64,000 nucleotides of DNA. Origin: an uncultured Alphaproteobacteria bacterium. GTDB taxonomy: Bacteria; Pseudomonadota; Alphaproteobacteria; Caedimonadales; UBA9215. Positions 47,900 through 56,387 of the stretch are shown here, piece by piece (the first letter of the stretch is position 1; each line of letters starts with the position of its first letter). Below the pieces are notes generated by a model. The model saw only the letters and a list, made by a program, of their open reading frames with translations, did no database searches and was not told the DNA's origin. The translations under genes and the position numbers were made by a program. Where the stretch lies: assembly GCA_963974885.1 (NCBI GenBank), contig CAXBEY010000001.1, positions 20,372-84,371 of the forward strand, in the 5' to 3' direction.

Positions 47900-49102
47900 T
47901 TATACACTTTTTGAGGGAGATTTCAACGTTGTTACAAGTTCTGATGTGATTGTATTGAGGCGTAAGAGTCCTGAGGAGGTGACCTGAAAATGTCTCTCAT
48001 TTTCGTCGATGAACCCGAGCCCTTTGAGAAAAGTCACTTTTTGAGGATCTAGGATGCTGTCCAAGCTCACGCCATGCATTTTATCAAAACTCTCTTTATG
48101 AATACCAGCCTTTAAACGCAACCCCATCAGAAGGTGTTCAATGAGTTGGTCATTAGAGGTTAAAAGGTCACTGGTTTCTTGGCCGTGACCGTGCTCTTTA
48201 ACTTTTTTGAGCCATGTTTCAGGGGCTTTGTAATTTTTAATAGCGTGCTTTTTTCCGTCAAGTAAAACACGACCATGGGCACCGGGGCCAATGCACACAT
48301 AGTCTTTATACTGCCAATAAAGTAAATTGTGGCGACATTCATGACCTGCTTGCGCATAGTTGGAGACTTCATAGTCCTCATATCCCTGCTGTCCAACACG
48401 ATCTCTTGTGAGATCATATAAGTCGGCAGACTTTTCTTCGCTGGGCAGTTTAAAATCACCTCGCTGATAACGGGTGTAAAAGGCTGTGCCCGGTTCAATG
48501 ATCAGCTGATAAAGGGAGAGGTGCCCTCGAGCAAATTCTAAGGCTTCTTCAAGTTCTTTTTGCCATTGTTCTGCGGTTTGGTTGGGAAGGGCGTAAATCA
48601 GATCAAAGGAAGAACGGTCGAAAAGGGTTGATGTGATCTCAAGGGCACGTTTGGCCTCGGTCGCATTATGTAAACGCCCCAAAAAGGTGAGGGAATCTTG
48701 ACGCAAAGACTGGATGCCAACGGAAACACGGTTAATACCAGCGGTTTTGAAGTCCCGATACTTAGAGACCTCAATGGAGTTTGGGTTTCCTTCAAGGGTG
48801 ATTTCAAGATTGGGATCTAATGTCCAGTAAGTGCCAAGAGCCTCAAGGAGTTTTTGAACCGTCCGAGCGGGCATTAAGGACGGCGTCCCACCGCCAAAAA
48901 AGACACTTGTGAGAAGACGACCTTTTGTTTGCTGACCGACATAAGAGAGTTCCTGCAAGAGAGCTTGTTCCCACGCTGCCTCATCAATGGATTTTCGGAC
49001 ATGGCTGTTGAAATCGCAATAGGGGCATTTGGACTCACAAAAAGGCCAATGAATATAGAGTCCGAGCTCTTTCTTATGGGGGAATGGTTGGTGACTTTCC
49101 AA
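47900..49102 (-). CDS. hemW: radical SAM heme chaperone HemW (HemN-like, oxygen-independent coproporphyrinogen oxidase family)
   Basis: 400 aa. LYIHWPFCESKCPYCDFNS contains the CxxxCxxC radical SAM motif. The gene abuts rdgB, as is commonly seen. Confidence 0.85.
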   Translation of the reverse strand: MESHQPFPHKKELGLYIHWPFCESKCPYCDFNSHVRKSIDEAAWEQALLQELSYVGQQTKGRLLTSVFFGGGTPSLMPARTVQKLLEALGTYWTLDPNLEITLEGNPNSIEVSKYRDFKTAGINRVSVGIQSLRQDSLTFLGRLHNATEAKRALEITSTLFDRSSFDLIYALPNQTAEQWQKELEEALEFARGHLSLYQLIIEPGTAFYTRYQRGDFKLPSEEKSADLYDLTRDRVGQQGYEDYEVSNYAQAGHECRHNLLYWQYKDYVCIGPGAHGRVLLDGKKHAIKNYKAPETWLKKVKEHGHGQETSDLLTSNDQLIEHLLMGLRLKAGIHKESFDKMHGVSLDSILDPQKVTFLKGLGFIDENERHFQVTSSGLLRLNTITSELVTTLKSPSKSV

Positions 49103-49705
49103 TTAGAAACAACCCTCAAAGAGCTTTTGGAGGGCTCTTGCACGGTGAGAATTTTTCTTTTTATAGCTCCTATCTTCGCTGGACGTTTTGGTTTGCCCTT
49201 GAGGCTGGAAGATAGGATCAACACCAAATCCAGAATCGGGACCCATTGCATAGCGGGCAGGAAATACAAGATCACCCTTGCAAACACCTTCAAAGGTCTC
49301 TGCATGTCCATCGGGCCAAGCAAGGGCTAAGGCACACTGCATACTTGCTGACTTGTTCTCGTCTTTCAAAAGCATTTCAAGATGCTTGAAGGTTTTCTTT
49401 TCTCCCCCAAGCTCCTCAATAAAACGCTTGCTGTAGACCCCTGGTTTTTGATCAAGGGCCTCAACGCAAAACCCAGAATCATCAGCAAGGGCTGGAATTC
49501 TGAAAAACTTTGAATAATAATGAGCTTTTAATAAGGCATTCTCTAAAAAGGTTGCCCCCGTTTCTTCCGGGTCATCAAGATTTGTGTTTTGCAAAGAAAT
49601 AACCTGAATGTTGAGAGGGGCTAAAAGGATTTCAAATTCCCTTATTTTCCCTAGATTTTGGGTACCAATCAGGAGTTTTTCTTCTGTAAACTTACGGTGT
49701 GTCAT
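49103..49705 (-). CDS. rdgB: non-canonical purine NTP pyrophosphatase (RdgB/HAM1)
   Basis: 200 aa. TQNLGKIREF ... EETGATFLENALLKA ... DDSGFCVEALDQKPGVYS pattern. Confidence 0.85.
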   Translation of the reverse strand: MTHRKFTEEKLLIGTQNLGKIREFEILLAPLNIQVISLQNTNLDDPEETGATFLENALLKAHYYSKFFRIPALADDSGFCVEALDQKPGVYSKRFIEELGGEKKTFKHLEMLLKDENKSASMQCALALAWPDGHAETFEGVCKGDLVFPARYAMGPDSGFGVDPIFQPQGQTKTSSEDRSYKKKNSHRARALQKLFEGCF

Positions 49706-49710
49706 CTTTT

Positions 49711-50427
49711 TTATATCTCGAGCGCTTTCTTTTGGGCTTGGATTAATGTCTTAATTCCTTGCTTTGCAAGGTCCATCATGGCTGCAAATTCCCCTTCGTT
49801 AAAGGGATTTTGCTCGGCAGTTCCTTGAATTTCAACAATACCTCCTTTTCCCGTAAGGACAAAGTTTGTGTCCGCTTGAGCATTGGAATCTTCAGGGTAA
49901 TCAAGATCTAAAACCGGCTGGCCTTCGTAAAGGCCGCAAGAAATAGCAGCCACATGATCCGTTAAAGGTATTTCTTGAATCGCTCCATCGGCTTTTAATT
50001 TTTGAAACGCAAGGGATAAAGCAACAAAGCCACCAGTAATTGAAGCCGTTCGTGTGCCGCCATCGGCTTGAAGAACATCACAGTCCACCCGAATTTGGCG
50101 CTCGCCAAATTTTGTAAGATCGGTTACAGCACGTAAAGAACGTCCGATGAGTCGTTGGATTTCTTGGGTGCGACCTGTTTGCTTGCCTTGCGAGGCTTCC
50201 CGTGCAACGCGGCTGTGGGTTGAACAAGGAAGCATGCCATATTCTGCGGTAACCCAGCCTTTTCCTGTGTTGCGCAAGAAAGGCGGAGCTTTGTCTTCAA
50301 TGGTTGCCGTGCAAATGACATGGGTTCCCCCCATGCGAATAAGGCAAGATCCATGGGCATGTTTCATAAACCCAGTCTCTAGGGAAAGGTCGCGGAGTTG
50401 GTCGGGGGCTCTTTTGGACGGACGCAT
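49711..50427 (-). CDS. rph: ribonuclease PH
   Basis: The start is taken at [12 protein letters not shown] (50427), giving 239 aa, the usual Rph length. The 72 extra N-terminal codons in the ORF track are low-complexity and antisense to the grpE 5' region. Confidence 0.9.
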   Translation of the reverse strand: MRPSKRAPDQLRDLSLETGFMKHAHGSCLIRMGGTHVICTATIEDKAPPFLRNTGKGWVTAEYGMLPCSTHSRVAREASQGKQTGRTQEIQRLIGRSLRAVTDLTKFGERQIRVDCDVLQADGGTRTASITGGFVALSLAFQKLKADGAIQEIPLTDHVAAISCGLYEGQPVLDLDYPEDSNAQADTNFVLTGKGGIVEIQGTAEQNPFNEGEFAAMMDLAKQGIKTLIQAQKKALEI

Positions 50428-50527
50428 ATTTATATTTTCCTTGGGGGTGAGGGCAAATCCCTTCTTTAAAAATGGAGGGGTATCGGTTATAAAGGGACTG
50501 TATAATATATTTACCAAAGGTGTAAAG

Positions 50528-51103
50528 ATGTCAGATGATATTTTAAAAGAAGAAAATGATGAGAATTCCGTGGGTACAGATGAAAATGTAGTGGATTTAA
50601 CCGCCGTTGAAGACTTATCGGCAGAAGTTGAGTCAGATGACAACGCGTCTGAGCCGTCCCTGGAAGAGCAGCTCGTCGAAACAAAAGATCGCTTGTTGCG
50701 TTCTATGGCTGAGATTGAAAATATTCGAAAGCGAGCTCAACGGGAAAAAGAAGAAATGGCTCAGTATGCCGTGACAAATTTCGCACGGGACCTCCTTTCC
50801 GTTGCTGATAATTTAAACCGCGCCGTTGGGAGCCTGTCAATATCAGAGCAAAAAGAAGCACCCAGCCTTCTCGAGGGCGTTGAGATCACAGAAAAAGAAC
50901 TTTTAAAAGTGCTAGAAAAACATAAGATCAAAAAAATTGAGGCTCTTGATCAACCTTTTGATCCCAATTTTCACCAGGCTATGGTTGAAATTCCAAGTGG
51001 CGATAAAGAACCGGGTACGGTCATTCAGGAAATGCAAATTGGATATACCATTGCAGGGCGTTTATTGCGCCCCGCCCTTGTTGGTGTTGCAAAAAAAGCT
51101 TAA
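50528..51103 (+). CDS. grpE: nucleotide exchange factor GrpE
   Basis: The start is taken at [10 protein letters not shown] (50528), giving 191 aa. Acidic N-terminus followed by [18 protein letters not shown] and [16 protein letters not shown]. The ORF-track start at 50147 lies inside rph on the other strand. Confidence 0.9.
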   Translation: MSDDILKEENDENSVGTDENVVDLTAVEDLSAEVESDDNASEPSLEEQLVETKDRLLRSMAEIENIRKRAQREKEEMAQYAVTNFARDLLSVADNLNRAVGSLSISEQKEAPSLLEGVEITEKELLKVLEKHKIKKIEALDQPFDPNFHQAMVEIPSGDKEPGTVIQEMQIGYTIAGRLLRPALVGVAKKA

Positions 51104-51129
51104 TTTTAGAGAGGTCTCTTTAGGAGAAA

Positions 51130-52473
51130 TTAAGGCATAACAACGGTAACATCGGCATCAATCTGAATTGTGGTGTCGTTGTTTGTATAGGTAACGTAGT
51201 CTTGGCCATTAATGGTGGTGGTGCCCGTATCAACAAAGGTATCTTCAAAGGTCACCTGAGAAGTGCTGTCACCATCTACCTGCATGGTGTACCCTTGCCC
51301 ATTTACATTATTGACAAAGATACTGTCAATGGTAAGGGTGCTACTCTCAAGATCCAGAACTTCAACATTATCTATGATGCCGTCTAAGGTTGAGAAATCG
51401 AAGTTTCCGCTGGTTATTTGAACCGAATCTAATCCGGCCCCCCCATCAATGGATCCATCATTGACATCGAACACAAAAACATCATCTCCCGCACCGCCAG
51501 AAAGGGTGTCCTTTCCGCTTCCGCCGTCTAAGAAGTCATCTCCTTTTCCACCATAAAGAGAATCGTTACCAGCGTTACCATAAAGGGTATCATTGCCGTC
51601 ACTGGACCATAATGTGTCATTGCCATCACCACCTTTGAGGGTAATATCACCAAGGGAGTATGTATTAGATGTTAGATCAATAATATCATTCCCTCCGCCC
51701 CCATTAATTTCCTCAACATCCACAACCCGGGCTTGCTGGTTGCCATCATAAAAAGGTGAAAAAGAGTTGTCCAAAAAGAAGGCTTCGTTGGCATTGCTCA
51801 TTTGGATGCTGTCATAGCCATCCCCCCCTTGGAAGACATCGCTAGAGGCCCTGTGGCCTGCTAAATTAACATTTTCACCTGTTTCGACATTATGTGCAGC
51901 CCAACCGCCGGTCCATATATTATCGACGGAAGAGTAAAATGTATCATCGCCATCTCCTCCTTGAATAAGATCTGCAACACCATCTTCGCTTTCAATAATC
52001 ATGCCGACAGGGGTGTCGTCAACCTCAACGGGCTTTTGCGCCACGGTATTGACGGTGAGAGGTTTATAATTAATAGACTGAACAGCGGCAAAGGTAAAAG
52101 AAGTATACCCATTATCCAAACTAGACCCTTGAAAGCTTGATAGGTTCTCAAAACCACTTTCAAGGCCAAATAAGCCCTGCATTTCATTAAGAGAAAAAGG
52201 TTTTAAGGCGCCCTGCTCGCTAGAATTACTCTCTTCTTTTGCCTGAAAATTAAAATTAACACCAAAGGGGAGGTTGCCCTCAAAAAGAACAGGGGATATC
52301 AGCCCGTCTGAGGTTTCATTTGTTGAGAAAAGGGGGGTATTATCTAAGGTGTTTCCGGAATAAGAGAATGTTTCTGTGGCACTGTCAGAAAAGGACATGT
52401 CAAAGGGTTGTCTGGAAGCAGCCAAGAGGTCTATTGAAAGGGGGGCTGTGCTTTTTGTTTTTATTTCGGGCAT
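51130..52473 (-). CDS. RTX-type (hemolysin-type calcium-binding repeat) secreted protein
   Basis: 447 aa with no N-terminal signal peptide. GGxGxDxUx nonapeptides, and an acidic Asp/Thr/Val-rich C-terminus compatible with a type I secretion signal. Confidence 0.8.
   Translation of the reverse strand: MPEIKTKSTAPLSIDLLAASRQPFDMSFSDSATETFSYSGNTLDNTPLFSTNETSDGLISPVLFEGNLPFGVNFNFQAKEESNSSEQGALKPFSLNEMQGLFGLESGFENLSSFQGSSLDNGYTSFTFAAVQSINYKPLTVNTVAQKPVEVDDTPVGMIIESEDGVADLIQGGDGDDTFYSSVDNIWTGGWAAHNVETGENVNLAGHRASSDVFQGGDGYDSIQMSNANEAFFLDNSFSPFYDGNQQARVVDVEEINGGGGNDIIDLTSNTYSLGDITLKGGDGNDTLWSSDGNDTLYGNAGNDSLYGGKGDDFLDGGSGKDTLSGGAGDDVFVFDVNDGSIDGGAGLDSVQITSGNFDFSTLDGIIDNVEVLDLESSTLTIDSIFVNNVNGQGYTMQVDGDSTSQVTFEDTFVDTGTTTINGQDYVTYTNNDTTIQIDADVTVVMP
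51466..51633 (-). repeat. contiguous RTX nonapeptide block
   Basis: GGDGNDTLW SSDGNDTLY GNAGNDSLY GGKGDDFLD GGSGKDTLS GGAGDDVFVF (aa 281-336). Further isolated GGDGDD, GGDGYD and GGGGND units lie upstream (aa 172, 216, 258). Confidence 0.85.
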
Positions 52474-52627
52474 ATTTTTTTACCTCATCTGTTTAGAATA
52501 TACCCTTGAGGGCATTAATAAAAAGTTAATTTTACTTAGATTTTAGGTGTGGCAAGTGCTTTTAGCTTTGCTTTTCATCTGGGATGAGCTAAAAAAATAG
52601 AAGATATTAATTCTAAAGGCGTTGGTA

Positions 52628-55423
52628 ATGAGTAACTACAAAGAAACTATTTTTCTTCCTAAAACAGATTTTTCCATGCGGGCTAATTTAGCGCAAAAAG
52701 AACCGATGGCTGTGAAAAAATGGCAAGACAGTAACCTTTATCAAAAATTGCGTCAAAAACGTGAGGGTGCAAAGACGTTTATTCTTCATTGGGGCCCCGC
52801 CTATGCTAATGGACACTTGCACATGGGGCATTTTTTCACCTATGTTCTAAAAGATATTGTTGTGCGTTCCCATTCTTTAAAAGGCCATGATGCCCCCTTA
52901 GTGCCGGGCTGGGATTGCCATGGCCTGCCCATCGAATGGAAAATCGAAGAAGCGTATCGGAAATCTGGAAAGCGCAAAGAAGAAGTGACTCTTAATGCCT
53001 TTCGGGGTGAATGTCGCCAGTTTGCAAAAAAATGGCAAAAAGTTCAAGGGGACGATTTAGATCGCTGGGGTATCTGCTGCGATACAAAAAATCCCTATGT
53101 AACCATGGATTTCTCTTCGGAAGCCGCCATTGCAAAAGAATTTCTAACCTTTCTTGATAGAGGATATGTTTATAAGGGGGTTCGCCCCATTATGTGGTCC
53201 CCCATTGAAAAAACAGCTTTGGCCGATGCTGAAGTCGAGTATCAAGATAAAAAATCTCCTGCGATTTATGTGCGTTTTAAGATCACAAAACCTTCCTTAC
53301 CTGTTCTTGAAGGGGCGTCCTGTGTGATTTGGACCACAACGCCGTGGACCATTCCCGCCAATCGAGGCGTTGCCTATGGTGAAGATATTGACTACGTGGC
53401 CCTTAAGGTAAAAGAGGTAAATGACGTTTCCCTTGCGGCAGTGGGAGATGTTTTTGTCTTTGCCCATGACCTTTATAAATATCTTTGTGAAGGGGTGGGT
53501 ATTACAGAGTTTAAGATTCTTGAAAACTTTAAAGGGAGTGCCCTTGAGGGGACCCTTTGTGCCCACCCTTTTGTGAAGCAAGGTTACGATTTTGATGTAC
53601 CCCTCATTGCAGGTCATCATGTCACAACCGAGGCTGGAACAGGCCTTGTCCACACGGCACCGGGTCATGGTGCCGATGACTTTGAGCTTGGTAAAAAGTT
53701 TGACCTTGAGATCGCTGATACCATCACCGATGAGGCCCTTTATGCCGATAGTGTGAAGTATTTTTCAGGGACCCATGTCTTTAAAGCAGATCCCCTCGTG
53801 CAGACTCTTTTACGTGAGACAAAGAGTCTGCTCCATGAATCTGTGATTACACACAGCTATCCTCATTCTTGGCGTTCAAAGGCGCCGCTTATTTTCAGAA
53901 CAACGCCACAATGGTTCATCAGTATGGATCACGACGGTTTGAGAGATCGCGCTTTATCCGCCATTAAAGAAACAAAATGGATTCCAAGCCAAGGTGAAAA
54001 CCGCATTCGAGGCATGATTAAAGATCGCCCCGATTGGTGTCTTTCGCGCCAGAGAGCGTGGGGTGTTCCCATCACTCTTTATACCCACAAGAAAACAGGC
54101 GAGATCCTTCAAGATCAAGGGGTGAATGAGCGGATTCTTAAGATTTTCCAAGAAGAGGGATGTGATTCATGGTTTCAAGATGATCATAGCCGTTTTTTGA
54201 GCCCCGAGTACAAGAGCGACGACTATACACCGTGCAAAGACATCTTGGATGTGTGGTTTGAATCCGGCGCTACCCAAGGCTTTGTCCTTGAAGGACGCTC
54301 TGATTTGAGGCGACCAGCTGACCTTTACCTTGAAGGGTCTGACCAACACCGAGGTTGGTTCCAGTCGTCCCTTTTGGTCGGCTGTGGTACCCGAGGCGAT
54401 GCCCCGTTTAAGGCTGTTGCAACCCATGGATTTACCGTGGATGCCAAGGGTCATAAAATGTCCAAGTCCTTGGGTAATACCATGTCTCCTATGGAAGTTG
54501 CTAAGGAGATGGGTGTTGAAATTCTGAGGCTTTGGGTTGTGAGTTGTGATTACACCGATGATTTGCGTATTGGGCCCGAAATTCTCAAACACCAACAGGA
54601 TATTTATCGCCGTTATCGCAACACACTGCGTTATCTTTTGGGGGCGTTGAGTGCTCATAACTCTGAGCATGACGTAGACTATTGTCAGCTTCCCGATCTT
54701 GAAAAGTGGGTTTTGCATCGCTTGAACGAGGTTCAAAAAGAATTTGACCGCAGCCTTGAAGAAATCGACTTTCAAAGTTTTTATAGCATGCTTCACACTT
54801 TTTGTAGCGTTGATCTGTCGGCCTTTTATTTCGATATTCGTAAGGACACCCTATATTGTGATGGGGAAGATGATGTGAAACGTCGTGGCGCGTTGATGGT
54901 TATGAGCCATGTGTTTAAGGCCTTAAGTCATTGGCTTGCCCCTGTTTTGCCTTTTACAGCAGAAGAAGCGTGGTTGTCTCGTTATCCTGAGGCAGAATCC
55001 ATCCATTTATCTGATTTGCCTGCTTTTGATTCCTGCTGGAATGCTCCTGCCTTGGTTGAGGGATTTGAAAGAGGGCGTGAGCAACGTTCGGTTATAACAG
55101 CGGCCCTTGAAATTGCGCGAAAAGACGGCGTTATTGGGTCAAGCCTTCAAGCGATCGTTACGGTTTATGATCCTAAAAACCAACTTGACCGTTCCATTGA
55201 TTTTGCAGCACTTACCATTGTATCCCAATTGGATATCAAACAGGAAGAAGCCACGCAGGAAGGTTATTGTGATAGAAACTTAACCGTTGTTGTTCAAAAA
55301 GCAGAGGATGCTAAGTGTGAGCGGTGCTGGAAAGTCTTGCCCGAGGTAGGGCAAAACCCAGAGCATCCTGATGTGTGTTCTAGGTGCGCTAGCGTTGTGA
55401 ATACATTAAAAGAGGCAAGTTAG
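52628..55423 (+). CDS. ileS: isoleucyl-tRNA synthetase
   Basis: About 931 aa from ATG 52628. HMGH (HIGH) and KMSKS motifs, a CP1 editing insertion, and a C-terminal Zn-finger-like CERCW...CSRC. Confidence 0.95.
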   Translation: MSNYKETIFLPKTDFSMRANLAQKEPMAVKKWQDSNLYQKLRQKREGAKTFILHWGPAYANGHLHMGHFFTYVLKDIVVRSHSLKGHDAPLVPGWDCHGLPIEWKIEEAYRKSGKRKEEVTLNAFRGECRQFAKKWQKVQGDDLDRWGICCDTKNPYVTMDFSSEAAIAKEFLTFLDRGYVYKGVRPIMWSPIEKTALADAEVEYQDKKSPAIYVRFKITKPSLPVLEGASCVIWTTTPWTIPANRGVAYGEDIDYVALKVKEVNDVSLAAVGDVFVFAHDLYKYLCEGVGITEFKILENFKGSALEGTLCAHPFVKQGYDFDVPLIAGHHVTTEAGTGLVHTAPGHGADDFELGKKFDLEIADTITDEALYADSVKYFSGTHVFKADPLVQTLLRETKSLLHESVITHSYPHSWRSKAPLIFRTTPQWFISMDHDGLRDRALSAIKETKWIPSQGENRIRGMIKDRPDWCLSRQRAWGVPITLYTHKKTGEILQDQGVNERILKIFQEEGCDSWFQDDHSRFLSPEYKSDDYTPCKDILDVWFESGATQGFVLEGRSDLRRPADLYLEGSDQHRGWFQSSLLVGCGTRGDAPFKAVATHGFTVDAKGHKMSKSLGNTMSPMEVAKEMGVEILRLWVVSCDYTDDLRIGPEILKHQQDIYRRYRNTLRYLLGALSAHNSEHDVDYCQLPDLEKWVLHRLNEVQKEFDRSLEEIDFQSFYSMLHTFCSVDLSAFYFDIRKDTLYCDGEDDVKRRGALMVMSHVFKALSHWLAPVLPFTAEEAWLSRYPEAESIHLSDLPAFDSCWNAPALVEGFERGREQRSVITAALEIARKDGVIGSSLQAIVTVYDPKNQLDRSIDFAALTIVSQLDIKQEEATQEGYCDRNLTVVVQKAEDAKCERCWKVLPEVGQNPEHPDVCSRCASVVNTLKEAS

Positions 55424-55424
55424 A

Positions 55425-55913
55425 ATGGTGAAAATGTATTCAAAAAAACCAATCTTCTGGGGACTTATTCTTATTGTCTTGAGTGCTGTGCTGGACCAGG
55501 CTAGCAAGTGGTATGTCTTAACAGACCTTATGAATCCACCGACGGTTATCCCCGTGACCTCTTTTTTTAATTATGTGTTAGCGTGGAATACGGGGGTGAG
55601 TTTTAGCCTTTTTAATTCCTATGGCCTGACAGGAACCTATGTCTTAATTGGGTTGTCTTCTGCTATTAGCTTATTCTTTTTTGTCTGGCTCTTAAAAGCG
55701 CGTAACTATTGGTTAGCTTCAGGCCTTGGTTTTATTATTGGAGGAGCCATTGGAAATTTAGTGGACCGTGTGCGCTTTGGTGCGGTGGTAGATTTTCTTC
55801 ATTTTTACTATGGCACTTTTTCATGGCCAGCCTTTAATCTGGCCGATACATTTATCACAATTGGTGTTATCCTCATAGTCATTGAATCATTTAAAGGAGA
55901 TAAAAATGCGTAA
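55425..55913 (+). CDS. lspA: lipoprotein signal peptidase (signal peptidase II)
   Basis: 162 aa with 4 TM. NTGVSFS and GGAIGNLVDR / FNLAD motifs. Follows ileS, as in most bacteria. Confidence 0.85.
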   Translation: MVKMYSKKPIFWGLILIVLSAVLDQASKWYVLTDLMNPPTVIPVTSFFNYVLAWNTGVSFSLFNSYGLTGTYVLIGLSSAISLFFFVWLLKARNYWLASGLGFIIGGAIGNLVDRVRFGAVVDFLHFYYGTFSWPAFNLADTFITIGVILIVIESFKGDKNA

Positions 55914-56379
55914 ACTATTTGTGCCTGTTTTAATTGGGCTTGCTCTATCAACAACAGGGTGCGAACAAACGCGCCAGGCCCTTGGTCTTAAGCGCACTCA
56001 AGTTGATGAATTTCAAGTGGCTGATCGCGACCCTTTGTCCGTTCCGCCAGATTATAAGCTTCGCCCTCCCCTGCCAAATGCCCCAGCACCAGCGGAGGTT
56101 GCTCCTTCCGAGAGAGCTAAAGAAGCTCTTTTAGGAGATCAGGCGGCCAATACAACACGGTCAGCTGCAGAAAAGAATTTGTTGGCTCAAGCGTCAACGC
56201 AAGGTTCAAGGCAGGGAAAAGATTCCACGATTCGCGAGAAGCTTGCTCAAGATAGCGTACTTTCAAAAGATACCGAAAAAGCGCCCGGTGAAGCCTTGGC
56301 TTTTTGGAAAGATAAGAGCTCTCAAAAAATCGGTGATGTTATTGACCCTATTGCAGAAAACAAACGTCATAATGGGTAA
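55906..56379 (+). CDS. small Pro/Ala-rich lipoprotein (DUF3035-like)
   Basis: The start is taken at MRKLFVPVLIGLALSTTGC (lipobox), preceded by GGAG. Its position after lspA matches my recollection of alphaproteobacterial DUF3035 lipoproteins. Confidence 0.55.
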   Translation: MRKLFVPVLIGLALSTTGCEQTRQALGLKRTQVDEFQVADRDPLSVPPDYKLRPPLPNAPAPAEVAPSERAKEALLGDQAANTTRSAAEKNLLAQASTQGSRQGKDSTIREKLAQDSVLSKDTEKAPGEALAFWKDKSSQKIGDVIDPIAENKRHNG

Positions 56380-56387
56380 GAACTATA

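Noticed and set aside
48517-48527. 11-nt match (AGAGGTGCCCT) to the arm of the 20739-20857 inverted repeat, inside hemW.
   Set aside because: The match does not extend beyond 11 nt and lies in conserved coding sequence. It is within chance expectation for a window of this size, so it is not a second copy of the element.
48874-49330. 149-aa (-) and 133-aa (+) ORFs spanning the hemW/rdgB junction.
   Set aside because: They are out of frame with, or antisense to, two well-supported genes that abut at 49102/49103.
49711-51103. Long mutually overlapping ORF-track versions of rph (to 50643) and grpE (from 50147).
   Set aside because: The extensions are antisense to each other's real coding sequence and are low-complexity. 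Family-typical lengths and N-termini are obtained with the starts at 50427 (rph) and 50528 (grpE).
54167-54796. 209-aa minus-strand ORF.
   Set aside because: Antisense to ileS; a shadow ORF.
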